A stretch of 64,000 nt of DNA, from NCBI RefSeq assembly GCF_022539665.2, contig NC_081331.1, positions 6,076,001 to 6,140,000 of the forward strand, read 5' to 3'. The first letter of the stretch is position 1; the number at the start of each line of letters is the position of its first letter. The position numbers were made by a program, and so were the translations under genes. The notes beneath the pieces were generated by a model. The model was not told the DNA's origin and searched no databases. It worked only from the letters and a program-made list of their open reading frames with translations. Shown piece by piece: positions 1-15,240 of the stretch. The DNA is from Daphnia carinata. Lineage: Eukaryota.

Positions 1-3000
1 TATCGATTGACAAAAGGTTTTTATATAAGATGAAAAGCAGGTCGAGTCTTGTCGCATGAAAAGTTCTCTAGAGTTTCGGTCGATGCTCAGGTACATGTAT
101 AGTAAACCCGGTGAAGTTGTTCTGCGTCATTCAACTTTCATGATCAACTTGAATTATTTTCCTCTTGACAAAAACATCCATTATTAACGCTTGAACAAAT
201 CCTGATATGAGGACGTTCAGTCACACCAGTAGACGACCTTGATAAATGAATGACACAATGAACAGTCAGCTTGTTTTGTATGGAAAACTATCGATAACAG
301 TAAATAAATGTTTGCATTGGGGTCAGTGGACTGACGTCATGGACGCTGAGGACAAGTTGTTCATTCTGGCTCTTTGTTTCATTCGTGCGAGACCGAAAGA
401 GTTAACTTGTTTATGAAGGTATTTCATAAAAGATATGGCCCTGATTACGCAGCCATATGTCCTCATTGACTATTAAATTTCTGGCTTTAAAACAAGGGAG
501 AGAATTTTAGGTAACCAACGATCTATACCATTGAATAAACGTCAAAGTCAAAATTGCAAAGTTGTTTCATTTATATTTAATGTGTGCCTACCAACGTCTC
601 TTTACTGGTTATCCGTGGACAGATGCCCATGTGGCTGCTACTATATATACTTTGCATTATTAAAAATGCGGCACCTTGTCAAGCGCAGATACTGCAAGTA
701 TCTGCGACGCTGATCAAAGGCAATTTCAGGAAGGAACAGGAAAAAGTGTTGAACCAGAGCGTGTGATCAATAGAAAAAAAAATTGGAAAGCAAAATTAAG
801 GAATAATATGCATCGATCCTTAAAAGTGTATACGATCAATAATTTTTTGCAGCCTGTGTGTGTGTGACGGTGTAATGTGATACAAACTTTTAATAACGAT
901 AACAATGGTATCGCCTTTCTTTTGTTGGAGGCGTGAAAGAAGAGAGCAAGTCCATCTTGCCACTGGGTGGCATAATGCTGCAAATGCAACGTGACTCTAT
1001 CTCTCAGTAAATCAATAAGAAGGTGTGAATTTTCTTCATGCATAAGCTAAAATGTGCACTCTCATAGTTTTTTTTTGCTATACTATATAAGCAGCGGAAC
1101 TGATGAAGTGATCCGATTTTCCTGTTCCCAGCCATCGAATATATCGACTTCAATTTGTTTCAATTTGAAATGTGTCTAAAAGATATGTCTGCGATAGATT
1201 TTTCTCACTTAAACGCGTCTCTTTCCAACATCTTTACACTACACAACAACCTCCGTACAGACAATGTTTACATAACAAAAAAAAATAATAATAAAAAAAG
1301 ACGACGGATTGATGAGCTGTTAGTCTACCCTAGTGTCTCTAATTATAAGTAGTGATTTAATCAACTACAGCAGTATATAGATTGGAAGGTCTTCAATGAT
1401 TGGTACGCCCTCGGCTATTCATCTCCACAAATAGCTTTTCACAACAAATACATCGAATAATACCTACATAGAAGCTATTTAGAAAATGGATCAGCTGTTG
1501 CCAAGAGCCGTACTACCTGCATACGCATACTCTCGTAAGAACAAAGACCAAAGAATTCGATGCCGTTGCTTCGATCGAAATTCTGTTATTTCTGCTTTTT
1601 TGGCAGAAGAATCCGTACAGAGGAAGGAATAAAAATCACGAGGGAAGATCTATAAATGTCGCTGATATGGGTATGTCATTATTCTAATACAATGTCTATA
1701 TACATGTGATCCTTTTATATTCAACCATACCATCATATAAAGAAAAAAGCCTCGACATAGGCATTACAATAAATTTTTTTTTTTTGGCTACGTACATAAG
1801 AGGAAAATTTTGTGTGTTTATCGATGACTTGGCCGGTTTCCCCTTATTAGGCCATTTTTTATTTGGTTCAGACCTATGCCAATATACTATTTAACAAGCA
1901 GCCGTACATCAACAACCTTCTTCAGGTTGTATATTTTTTTATACATACATATAGACTGTCGGTCGTTAATCAGGATCATCTAATGAATTCACCTTTATGA
2001 ATTCGTAAAAAAGGTCATGTCTCTTTGGTAAGGACTTTTTCCGTAAATCATTATGCGATGTTAGATTGTACCAAGTAATAGATATAACATCGTGATTATA
2101 ATTTACCAAACAAAATGCCCTTTGAAGTTAATTATTCCATGTATATGCCTGTACGGTTCTTAAATGTACAGTGTCAACGAACTTCCTTTATGTTCTACTT
2201 ATCGATGAGGGGTAGGGAACAATGGCGAACAATATACAAAAGTCTGTGTCGCATACGTTTTTGTCGGATATCCAACATTGACCAGGTTTTTTCCCACTGT
2301 GTCATCACCTAGCATTCTTGTTTGTTTACGAATCAATGGCAATTTGAAAAGATGGGTCGAAAAACGGAATGGAAATTTGAAAATGCAAAAGCATGTGGTG
2401 CGTCATTGGAGGAAGGGTGACGAAATGCACTCTAGGGAAAACAAAAAAAAAGTTTTTGAAAAATATGTTAATTTTCCCTCCTTTTTTTTTTGTTTTATTT
2501 TCCCTGCCGGAGTCAAACAAAACTGATAGCTATCCCTTCCCCCTCTCCGTTCCCGTATGCAGACCTGGACACTTGCATCCAAGTACGGCGCAACGACAGA
2601 CGTTCAGTGAGAACGGCGCAGCCTGTTTTTTTTTTTTATATCTGTGTTCATGTGAAGGCAGAACGGGATCGTAACGTTACTCAGTTGTCACGCAGCCCGT
2701 GAACGTGAAACAAGTCAGCGTCGGTGCGAATTTTACAGTCAGTTTTAGCATTTCGCTTTATTAAATTCGGTGATTTGGGCTCATTTTGGAAAAAAACACG
2801 TGGTCATTGACATACTTTTACGTCGTATTTAGTATAGGGAGATATTAATTGTTAAAATTTTGCCTATAAATTTGGACTACACTTCTGGTTTGGCAATCAA
2901 ACTTTATCAGACTTCTGCTGTAGCTGCAATCAGTAACGGCATCCCCCTGTCTAGTCGCACATGTACACCAGATGCCAAATTATCTGCTGCGTTTATGAAT

Positions 3001-5647
3001 TGACCCTCGCTTTTTAAAAGAAAGGTACGTGCGTTCTTTTTTCTTTGTGATAAATTTTCTATTTTGAAAATTTGTCTCCACGTGTCGTTCTTTTATTTTT
3101 AATAGTGCCAATATTTAAATCGGAAATTTTATTTTTCTCGTTAAGGCTTTTGCTTGAATCATTTCCATAGTTTAGTTAACCGTGTAGAGCTACACATTTG
3201 CATCTCATTAAATCTATATTTGGACTATACACAGTGTATAAGCAAATGTATGATCACTTCAATGACACCATTCAATTTTTCAAGAATTATTGATTGTATT
3301 ATATGAGGCTGATTCAATCTCGAATGCTCGCCTTCTATCCTTTCACTACGCAAACTTTTCTTCTCCATGAAAGTGAGTTGCATAAAAGAAAAGCGGAATT
3401 TAAAGAAAAAGGAATGGCACCCACACACAAAAAAAAAGGGGATTTCAGAATATTTGATAGCATCTCACGTGCATCAATATGGCCAGAGAAAAATGGACAA
3501 AAGTGTCCAAATGAAAAAGAATCTCATTGAGCTATTGGTATAAATCACTTTGACGCTATGCATCTTTCCCGTTTGAATTGAATTTATGTAACTCTGCACC
3601 TGCGAGTTTCACACCCTGAAAACAAAGGTTGTTGCATAAAAAGATTGACTGTTTTCCTTGCTTTTCGATGGTTTTTTTTGGTTTTGTTTTATGCAGAGTC
3701 GCATCTGGCACTTTTTGTTTTCAACGTCGACACAAAGTCGTCGACGTATTCTACAACTGTTGGCGGGGAGGGCTTTATAATTTCCCTACCTTTTTTGTTT
3801 AGGTGAAAACAGATGACAAAGGTATAAACTTGTTTTTTTTTTGTTCAAAACTCTAACTGTTTAGTTGATTGCTTTTCCCATGGGGCGTATAGTTTTTAAA
3901 GATCCAACAAAAGAAAACCACCACGTTGATTTGAAATCGAAAAGTGATGACTTTGCTTTGCATCAAGAGAAATCTATTGTTATACAAAAAACCGTTTCCT
4001 TTTCTTGCTTGATTTGCTGTATGCACATCGAGGATGCAAAGGTCACTGGTCTGTTGATTTCCTTTTGACAGCAATTTTGCAAATGAGTTTTCTTCTTACC
4101 TGAAAATTGTGCCTAACCGACGTGCATAATGGCAGCAATAAAACTGATTGACCTCAATTGTAGCGAATAAACACAATGTAAACATGCGTACCATAAAAAT
4201 AACGATAAGCACTGCCGAGCCTGGTAGCGAGTCCCCAATGCAATAACCACAAAAGGCACTTGAGTTCTATTATGTTAGCTCTCCTCCTATTGTTGCTTTA
4301 ACCATACCCAACTGACTGTATATTATTTCTTGTTTAATTTTGTACGCAAATCTACTAGATGTTATTGCGCAGGTGAGCTACTTGATGTTATTGCAAATCT
4401 AGTGGCACTGAACTACTCTAAGAAAAATCTCATTTTAATACGAGAGTAAAGTGAAACACGATACGTGAAATGTAGTGAAAGCTGCCCAATATGTTACCAA
4501 TTATTACTATATTTTTTTTGTGTTGTGAGAACGAAAACAAAGGGAACGAACGTCATCATGTTTTTTCTGAAAATTCGATATCTGATGACGCGAGAGAAAT
4601 CCAATGGCACGCGCAAAATTGGCTAACGCTGGAACCATTTGTTTTTGTTACTGGCTGTATTCGTTATAAGCTTCGCTTAAAAATTTATTTACGTAAAAAA
4701 GAATGGCCTTTTGTTTTAAAATTATAATTTAGCGAAGGTCGTAAATGTTTCCTCCCCGTGTTTGCCGTCTATGCGTTATACTTTTTATTCTTATTAAATC
4801 AAATAGTTTATGAGTCCATTCAACTGTCGCGACACACGAAACTCGTTGCGACAATAGAAATGAGGAAAAATATCAAAAAGAAAATGTAATTACATCTCCG
4901 GTGCACCGCGTCCGCATGCATTTGCTTATTGACTTGTATATCAGCTGTTTATTTTAATACTTCTTTGTTCAAACAATCCTGACGGACTTAGTTCTTTTGT
5001 ATCTTTTATTATGTCCCGCATTAGTTCTACAAAATACGTATGATAAGCGCGTTAAGAAATACGAAACCTGTTTCTCTTGAACGAAAACGAAAAGAGTTAG
5101 AATCTATTATGGTTTCTCTTGTCCATTTACATGGTATACAAGGTGAATAATAGACGTCTATAAAATAGTAATGAATTATCATGTCGACATCTTCCCATAA
5201 CATTTATGTATGTACTTTTACTACTATACTTTTATAGGCTATAACACGAACAAATCAATCCATTTTTTTTTTTGTTTTCGTTATTTATTTAAAATTGATT
5301 TTGTTTTCTCCAATTTACAGGAACGACGTTGCTAGGCGGCAGGTTTGGATTTTTATGTGGCGGTCCACGTCTATATCCATTTTGAAAAAAGTATAGAACT
5401 AGTTCTATATTGATTTGGACCATAGCCTTCGGCAAACCACATAGAAAATGAAGGGAGGACATTCACAGAGGCGCCGTTTCTCGCTCGTAAGTTGCTTCCG
5501 CTTTCATATGCAAATTGTTTGACCTAATATTTTTCTTCCCTTTTTTGCGGATGTATCTAGCAAGCTCTGTGCGTCGTGCAATCTCCAACGAGCGAAGAGG
5601 AGCCACTGGGTAACACCAGCAGCCATTGCCATCAAACGGTTGACGAA

Positions 5648-8600
5648 ATGTCGTTGGAAGAATCTGCAGGTCGATGTGGAACACCATCCAGTAGCCATCG
5701 GCAAAGCCGACGGCGTCGCCCGCTTTCCACCGAGCCAGCCATTTCATCCGCCAGTAAATCATCCGCCGGAAAGAATCTTGTGCCACCGGCTCCTTCGACT
5801 CCAGTCAAATCTCATTACAAGGTAGGAAAAGGAAAAATTTTATGTAAGTTATTAAATTCTTTTGGGGTGGAATGTGTGTGTTTTTCTTTCATTTACGAAA
5901 TGTTTCGAATAGAACGAGCGTTTCAAATCAGCCAAGGTTTAGATGGGTGGGATTGTATTTGAAACATGGCGATATAATTTTTCAGCTTTTCTGCAGTTTG
6001 ATACATGCGTGTCGTGATTTGCTAATAACTATAATGGCTCCCGGGTGAAAGCTATTTTCATCAAGAAACGGTGGCTTCAAAATAGTTTTGATCTGTCGGC
6101 GTGATTTCTTTTGATGTGTGCCATTCGAACGATCAAACGATCAACATTTTCAATCTTAGAGATGAGTAGCTCAGCCACTATCAAACATCGACGTGGATAT
6201 ATTGTGTTTGCATCTTATTTTTTTCCCTATTTTTGTTTTATGTTATCTGTTAGAATTGGGAAAGATTGGCACGTGGGGACGCACTCCCAATATAGATTCA
6301 CGCCATTTGCATACGCAAACAGCAGCCACGCTATTGTTCTTATCCCTTTGGTTGTGTTAACACACACAACAACGTGACGCGAGTATCAAATCGATCTCCC
6401 CCTCCCCAAAAAAAGCAGTTTTTTTTTTTTATTTCTTGTTTTTTCTGGAGGGCATCGCAGTTTTGGCAAGGTAAATACGTTTAAACAAATTAGTGTACTC
6501 AAAGGACCAAACTCTCACCGCCAAAAGGAAAATTGTTAGATTTGTGCATTATTGCAAAAGGGCGAACCAACGGTTCCACCCAAGAGTTCCATGATTTATG
6601 CAAATTGCGACGAGGAAACAAAAAAAACGGGACTTTCATTTTAGACCGCTGTTCGGTGAGTCTAATCAAAACAAATGACATGGCATCGTGCCAAAAGCAG
6701 GCGATACAACGGGGTGTGGAACGACAGTTAAACATATCGAAAATTTATTTCCAATAAAAAATAAAATCACGGACCGCTGGAAATGCGAAAATCTGCATAT
6801 AATCAATACATAGTGGGTATATGTAATTGGATATACATAGGAAATGACTATGGATGTGTATCAAGTTAGTTTCGTTGCCCTACCCAAAATCGAAGAAAGT
6901 GAATCAAACTAGGTTACGCGTGTCCTTTAGAGACGAAACCAATCTATGTTCTTGTTTGTGAGGGTTGCCCAGCGATGGGCCCAATATCAAAACGAGCCAA
7001 TTTATTGCCCAATTGGAACCTAGCCAATAGATACACATAATTTCTGTAACGTTCAGCAGAGAAATATGAATAATTTGTTGCTTATTATAGAACATCACGT
7101 GTCTATCCTCGATGGACAAATAACACGCCCTATCACGACAACTTCTCTTCCTATTACACGATCTCTTCCTCTAAAATACCGTTGAATTGTTATGTGTTTC
7201 AATCAGAGCATAAATTTTTTTTGCATAATAGCGTGTAATAAACACGAACGTTTTAGGTCCAGCGACGGGCTATAGCCATATCCGAAGTGAGTTGTACCAA
7301 TAAAACTGCATTGTATATCCATTAGGCGTGCGTGAGAAATGAAAAACAAATTATGCATGACAGTCGTTGGAAGCTTTTTCACGTTTCGTACGTAAAAATA
7401 CGATGGGGGGGGGGCAATCAGTTGACAACGCGAGAAGTGGATGCGCATTATTGCAACGGGGAAAGTAGAAGCCATAGATATGGTAGAGTGTACGTATATA
7501 ACAAAAAAAAAGATTGAATTCGACGATCCGTGAATCTAAACTCTGAGATGGCCGACAAGTCCCGAAGTTTGGCACATGTTTCATTATACCGTGAGTCACT
7601 ACAAATATCGTGAACTTTTCGTGCAGTTGGACCCGTTTTATTGTTATACGTATTGTACGCTAAGGGTTCTTTAGTGTAACGTATATCCGCACATATTCCA
7701 CTAATATGTATAATATTGATAAACACATTTCCATTCCTTTGTCGACCATTCATCTTTGGTTTCGACCATTCTATGGCTCCCTTTGTATAGCTGGAACCTG
7801 CGTTCAACTTTCTTCTATAATTGATATTTGATTAGTCGACTACAATGCGTTCGACACGGCTGTAATCGGCAGTTTCGGCATGTCTGTGTATATGCGTAAA
7901 CATGTGTAATATACGTGTCACATACACACATGTCCTAGGCATTTCCACGATCCGTGTTTAGAAGAACATTCACATTGTTTAAATCCCCTTCAGTCTCATG
8001 TAGACATAACAGCTTCCCCCTCTTTTTTTTTTGCATTAACAAAAAGATTGGGATCGATGCTGAAAACACGTTTGTCAACACAACAGATAGAAAATCTAGG
8101 TCGGTCGATACATCCTTCATCAATTGAATAACATCTCTTACGATAAATCACTTAAATCCGTATATCCTCTAGTTTTGAAATTGAAGAACAGCAGGTAGTC
8201 GTGATATCATATTTATTGTTATAGGCGGGTTGCGTACAACCGCGTCATACAAAATTTATGGCTTTTTCTTTGTTATTCCTCTATAGGTAGTGGTAATGGG
8301 TTCGGCTCGGGCGGGCAAGACTTCGTTGGTCGGCCAGTTCCTCTACGCGGCTTACAGTCCTCGCTACCGACCCACCGTCGAGGACATGCACACCGTCGAG
8401 CTCGATTGTCAAGGTACATTGTCCTGCCCTTGTTATTTATATATATGTTGCTATAGATTGGGTGCACGCTGCGTCCGTACAACACAAAAGCTTTTATTGT
8501 GCACATGCCTCTGCGACCCGCACGATAATTTATTCCTAATCGTAATGGCTGTCTCTCGTTCTGGTGGGGTTGTTTGACTCCACGCAATTTGTTCGTCTAT

Positions 8601-10261
8601 GTATGTACATAAAATATACACGCCCCTATGTATGTTATAGAGACGTGTGTATTATAAACATAAATCTTGTGAAATACAGGACTGGATCTCCGCTTGGACA
8701 TTCTGGACACGGGCGGCAGTTACGTCTTCCCAGCTATGAGATCTCTGGCCATCAAATCAGCCGACGGATTCATCCTAGTCTGCGCCTCTGATGATCCTTC
8801 GTCTCTAGAGGTATCGTTATTCTTCTTCTTTTATGCAAACAAGTCACTGGCCCAACCGTTCAGTTTTCGTACTAATTCATCAGCCATTCACATATGGGTG
8901 ATTGAATGTGCCTGTCTGGTGCAGTGCGTTCTATTGTTATAAAAAAAAAAAAATTCCTTTTTGTGTTTGCATTTGTTTGAAACTAAGCATATAGTATCTG
9001 TGTATGAGAAATAACTGCAACTAAATGAGAATCGATCCTGCTCTGCTCAAAGGAAGAGCTACGCTCCAATTCACGTTGGACGGCAGCGCTCACTTATAGC
9101 GACCATCCTTTTTTTTTTTTTTTTAGAGAGATGCTATTGATTCTCTCCTCGACGTGGACGTATAGCACACGAAAAATAAGAAAGGAAAATAACAGCTTAA
9201 GGTGCATACGTACCTCGTCAAGGTCTCATCGATATGAACGAACATCTCGCTACTGAAGCAAAAAGCTTTTCCGCGTATTAGATGATGAAGGGATTTACAA
9301 TGACAAGAGCGGGGCTTCTTGTACACATATAACCCCCAAAAACGCTTTCTTTATTTTTCTAACGTTCATTAAAAATACATAGTTGGACTGTATGCTTCTC
9401 TAATGATGCAGTTGCTTCATATCGTCTAATCCTCCTCATCGTTTTCTCCGTAAGCTGGACAGATCTATTGCCCTCCTCTACGTTTATGGAACAGCCTATG
9501 CGAATTATTCAAACAAAATAGCCGGGAAAATTTTAAAAATTTTGGTTGTTCATTAGCACTAAACGACGTGTGTTTTTCTTTGCAATTTTCGACAATATAT
9601 TTACCGTATTTTATCTCGTGAAATTAATTAGGAAGCGGAACATTGTCGATCTCAAATATTGGAAGTCAAAGGCCCGGCTTGTCCGGTTGTCGTTGTATTG
9701 AATAAAACGGATCTCATCCGCTCCGGTTCCGTCTCTTCCGAACCACCCACCGATGAAGAGAAGAATGAAAATCAAGCGATTGGCGGAGGTGGAAGTCGTG
9801 CCGGAAGCGACGGTGGGAACTTTCCTCTGTCAGGAGATGGTGGAGTCGCTCGTCACTTGCGACTGGGGTCACGGATTTGTTCCGGCTTCAGCCAAGAACA
9901 ACATCAACGTCGTCCAGGTATCAAATATTCACCATTCAATATTGAACACGAATTAAAATGACTGTATTAAATTTTTTTTTAGGTGTTTCAAGAATTATTT
10001 ATTCAGGCCAAGTCGCGAATTGCGTTGAGCCCAGCCGTCCGCAAACGACGCCAATCGCTGCCCGCACGAACCCTCATCCCTCCGGGAACGAGCGGCAGTC
10101 ACCCTCATCCTCAATTGGGTCACCATTTGTCGTTGCACGGATCGAACGTAGCCGCCGCAGCCGCTGCAGCCGCCGCTACCGCCGCCGCCAATGCATCCGT
10201 CAGTTCATCACCTACTGGCACCAGCAGCTTTGCCAAACGTAATTCATGTACCGTCTCATAA
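5648..10261 (+). CDS. Ras-family small GTPase, RASD/Rhes/Di-Ras-like. Exons approx. 5648-5821, 8287-8413, 8680-8810, 9632-9917, 9983-10261; apparent frameshift near 9820
   Basis: G1 VVVMGSARAGKTS, G2 YRPTVED, G3 DILDTGG, G4 NKTD, G5 SAK, basic RKRRQSLP and C-terminal CaaX CTVS*. GT-AG junctions join the motifs. Start codon is inferred. Confidence 0.85.
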
Positions 10262-10447
10262 AATCAACGATAAGCAAATATTTTTAAAAAGGGGAAATAT
10301 TCCTACCCTCAAGCTATAGAAGCGTGAATTTATGAATCACGTGACACTGTTTTGTTCGCCATTTTTAAAATTTAGCCTTTATAAATTCGTTTTCTTTTTT
10401 TGTAGTGCCCCATACCTCTTGGAAGACACACTTACAGTACGCTTTGT

Positions 10448-10482
<35 letters not shown>

Positions 10483-11810
10483 TATAACGAGATCCCAAAT
10501 TTCATAGTCTGCACTTGGCAAGATGATTGTTTTGCTTTTTGACATGATAATTTTGTTAAATTCAATGTTTTTCCTTTTTTTTTGAGAAACAATGTTACCG
10601 ACGCGATTCTTTTTACTTACTTGCCGCTCCCCTCTTTCTTGCTAGTCACTATCACGTACTTGTACGATAATGATGTCGTTTCACAATTATAACCCGTGAA
10701 AAAAAAAAATAGAAACAAGGGTCTCGCATATTTAATGAGCAGAGAACGTTATATCCAAGCTTTGAAGCTACAAATACGTGTAATTTGTTTGCGACGAGTG
10801 AAGAAGGATCCACAAGGTCGTGTGCGCATATACATTTATATTACACGAATCCCATTGGCATGCTATTGTATCTTGTATGCAGTATATATATATTGATGTA
10901 TATTGATTGCGCATATCATTGGAAAAAATATGTGTATACACCAAAATTGCGTTACAGCGTATTTCTCAACTATTCTTCACGACGTTCGTTCAAGTATAGG
11001 CGTTGATGTCTTGAGTGATTGATGATTTTGAAAAAAAAAAAATGCAAAAAAGATCTGAAGAAAAGCTCCATTGTAGAAAATGTTTTTCACGCCTTTATCT
11101 CGGATGATGAAAGTCTGCGTTCCGTCAATTCCTTCATATCGAAGCCTTCTTTGTTTTTTTTTTCCTTTGATCAAATGGAAAAGAACAATTTTAGAATCAT
11201 CCACAGCTAGCAGTTTATGTTCTTTTCTTTCGAGGCGTTTTTGGTGGTTCCTATCGTAAACCTTTGTAATGGAAAATGGAAATTTATGGTTTCATGTCGT
11301 TTGGATTGAAGGACTTTTCGTTTTGGTACCTCTGCTACCTTGAAGTTGAATTTGCCGTGGACCATGAAATGACCATGAAAAGTTCGAAGGTCTCGCAGTG
11401 CAATTACCTCTTTCTTATGATTTCATGACTAACTATAAACAATCACCAAAACATGTAGAACGTAAACGTTAGAATTTACAATTCATGAATCCATCTTTGT
11501 GTTGAAGCAGGAGGATAAATACCCTACGCATTTCTAACCAACCTTTTTGTTGTTTTTGCCAACCAAAAGAAATAAACGAGTAGAAGTAGATGAAAAATGT
11601 CGAGAAAAACGTTTCCTACTGGCCGCTGGCAAGTTTTAGAAGAAAATTGACAACAGGGTTCGGAGAGCGGGAAAAATGGCGAACTCCTGTGTTGATTTTT
11701 TCTAGGCCATTGTACGCCTTGTTAGCCTTTATCGTGGCCTTTTATTGTTTTCTCCATCATGAAATTCCTTGTTAACTAGTCGCATAATCGATTTTTCAGT
11801 TTAGTACGCC

Positions 11811-14800
11811 ATGTCCAATCGTAATTTGATGCATTATTTCAGTCCACATGCCACAAAGCCAACTGAAATGATGAGTTGTGATGGCATCCCGGGAGACTTG
11901 CCTGAGACTAGTGCAAAGAGTGTTACTAAGCGTTCTCGTACGGGAAAAGTTAGGCCCGTCGTCGTCGATGATGAAGACGATGACGACTTCGATAATGATT
12001 CCTTATTTCTTCCTCGAACTACTCAGGCTGGAAATTCCATCACCAAATACTTCTCTCGAGTTGACAGGGAAGCTGCTACAAACAAGTCTACAAAAAAGTC
12101 AAAGCCTTGTGTCATGACTGTGGAAGCCCAAGTTCATGGATCTCCTTCCAAAAAAGGCAGTAAAATTCACACTACCAAGAAAGTACAGAAGAAAAAGAAA
12201 CGAAAGCTTGGCATTCCCAGTGCCATAGCTGACACAATAGAACTCATCTCGTCAGAAGAGTTGGTAACAACAGAATCAAGTCCCAGTCCTGAATTCATGG
12301 ATGCCATTCAACTTTTAGAACCACAACTTCCAACACCCAAAGCAGAATGGAAAATGAAAATTTGTCTTTCTAGCAATGTTAAGGTCTCGGATGGTAATAA
12401 TGACACCAAGTCTGCTAGAAAGTAAAATTGTTTTTTTTTCTTTTTGCAATGATGAGAGTGAAGCTCTGAGAGGCCTTCCTAGAGAAGTAGACTGTAATGA
12501 AGTTTAATACTTTGATCTCTGAGCATTCCATAGAGAATCGTAAAAATGTTTGCAGCTATCATTAACTAGATTGACATGCTTTTTTTGTTTTGTTTTTCTC
12601 TTAGATGACGTCGAAGATTGTAAGATGCAAGAAGGACCTAGACGCAGTACGAGGGTACGTGTCAGACCAGTGCGTACACAGAATGAACCTGCAGAGGTCG
12701 AGTGCAAAAACGTACCCCTGAAAAAACGTAAAAAGGGAGAAAAGAAAATGAAAGAAGTCGCTGATGATTTAGAGATCATAGCTGAAGATATTGCTCCTAT
12801 TTTCTTAAAGAAGAAATGGGAAGAGGAAGCACGAGCTGTCAAGAAAGCAAAGCAAGAATTCCTTTTCAGTGGGGTACCAGAAGTGCTGAAACAGCAAACC
12901 GCCGTCTTCACAGCCCTGGAGCAGCGTCCAGTGGAAATCTTTCCTAAAATTAGTCACGTAACTCAGTCCGGCTCTCGACCATGGCGACTTCCGTATCCAG
13001 ATCAGTTATCGCGTCTATTGCGGAAAAGCCATCCACACTCTAAGATCAATCGACCCACTGGGTTTTCATCGAACTTAAACTCGTCAAACGTCGATATCAG
13101 GTCGTCGTCCTATCGATCGATATCCCTCAAACAAGCATCTTACCTCGAGTGGCGTTATTGCAAAGACTGGATTACTCGTCTGAAAGAAGACTATTCTTTA
13201 TCCTTTCCTTTTTTTCGTACTTTGCGAACTTTACTTCCTAGAACAAACAAGGAAGACGATGGGAGCCAACACTTGCCATGGACGGATGCCTATGCTCCCA
13301 AGCATTCAAACGACATCTTAACCAACAATCGTGGGTCTTCGATACAAATAAAAAATTGGCTAAATCAATGGAAATCGAGAGCGGGTGAAGAAATTACCAC
13401 GTTGCCCAAAAAGAAGGACAAAAAAGTGGGAAAGAGAAAAAGGATATCTTCAGATTGCACGGATTCGGAAGAAGTTGTGGTTGAAGAATCATCAAATGCA
13501 AGCTGGAATCCAGAAGAGCAGGTAAATAAAAAACAGGCCCTTTCCGTCGATAATTCATCGATCGTATTTTTTCTCCTCGTAGGTCTGCAACTGTATTCTC
13601 TTGGTAGGGCCTGCCGGGTGCGGCAAGACGGCCACGATTTACGCCCTGGCCGAAGAATTAGGCTACAATGTTTTGGAAGTAAATGCATCCTCGAGAAGAA
13701 ACGGCAAAACCGTCCTTTCCCACCTTCACGAGGCTACCCAATCGCATTCGCTTAACAATAATAGTAATGCCATTACGAACAGCATGGACAAACTCTTCTT
13801 TGGTGGTGGTAAATCTGCAGTAAAAGCTAGCCGCCCAGAAACTAAAACAGCTTTGTCGCTAGTACTTTTTGAAGATGTAATAACGCCGTAATTTACAGTA
13901 GCCATAATTTTTACTGTTAGTAACTTTACGTGCAATCTCAGGTCGATATTGTTTTTGAATCGGAAGATGAATCTTTCTATAGCGCTCTTACAACATTGAT
14001 CCAGACCAGCAAGCGGCCAATAATCCTAACGCTCGGTACGACCGATGAGCGTGCTTTGACACAGATTCAGGACAAAATCAAAAGCTATTTTGACATTTTT
14101 TACTTCTTGAGCCCAGAACCAGCAACCGCCTGTAAGTTCTTCTTTTCTTGTACCTAATCGAAAAAGTTGGAAACGATTTTTCAATGTGATTTGACAGGCG
14201 GTTATTTGTGGAGTGTGTGCCTAGCAGAAGGCTATCCTTTGGAATGGAAGGCACTGGAAAATTGGGTAGGAAGCCGAGGTGTAATGAACCTCGATCTTCG
14301 TTCGCTTTTGCTCAAGTTACAGTTTCTCCTCCAGTCTCATCCTTTGCGGCTAAAGTTGAACTTTAGCCAACTGCAGCTGAAGAATGACGAAGAAGGCGCC
14401 AGTAGTAATGGCGGACGGAGTTGGGGGAGTTCCAGCGATTCATCAGACACAATCCCAGTTCAGCTTATAGAACTCCCCCTTATCGAGACATTCGGTGAAT
14501 GGCCCTATGCCGCTGCCCCGAGGTCTTTACGGTTCACTTACGATGCTGATTCCGAAGCCATCCTCATGACCGACAGTAAGGCGAAGAAAAGATTCTCACG
14601 AATCCTGTCGAACGATAGCCTTGTTGAACCCGACGCAGTTGAAGAAACAATAGAAGTCGACGAGGAGCCATTATCAAAGACGAAAGGATGGCATGGAGAT
14701 TTGACACATCTCGCACGCTGCATGGATTTACGCGCAGGAAAAGAACTGTTCAATTCTTGTCTCGTGAGAGATGATGTATCGTGGAATGACGCCTGTTTAC

Positions 14801-15240
14801 TGCATGAAATTCAACAGCTTATGACGGACCGCTGTAGTCAATTGATGGAGAAAGACCTGGGCGACATGGCGCGAACATCTATTGAGAGCTCACTGTCGGA
14901 TTTACGGTATGCTTATCATTCGTTTGCTACGTCTTCTCTATGTTTTGCTTTCCCTATAAGAATTTATTATTTGCAATCTAGACACAACCACGTGACGAAA
15001 ACTGCGAATCGCGTTCTACTACATTGCTCAGTACCAAGAAACGTTTTACTAAATCATCGCAGTCATTCAGCCGATGTGCTCCCATATCTGCGGTCATTCG
15101 TACGCGTGGATTTAGAGCGATCCATTGCTAAACGACGTCGTAAACCGCGATCACGAATGGAATCTCCAACAATCCGACTGCCTACACTCGATTTGGTTCT
15201 TTCCACCTCATCAGCGATTCATCTGGCCAATAATTTTTAA
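11811..15240 (+). CDS. ATAD5: ATAD5/Elg1, large subunit of the PCNA-unloading RFC-like complex (multi-exon)
   Basis: WTDAYAP motif, Walker A GPAGCGKT, GYNVLEVNASSRRNGK, LVLFED|VDIVF Walker B region, SKRPIILT, long Lys-rich N-terminus with SITKYF. Confidence 0.88.

Noticed and set aside
1..5300. Short ORFs in the first 5 kb
   Set aside because: No domain signatures or coherent exon chain; consistent with intergenic DNA and the 5' intron of the Ras-like gene.
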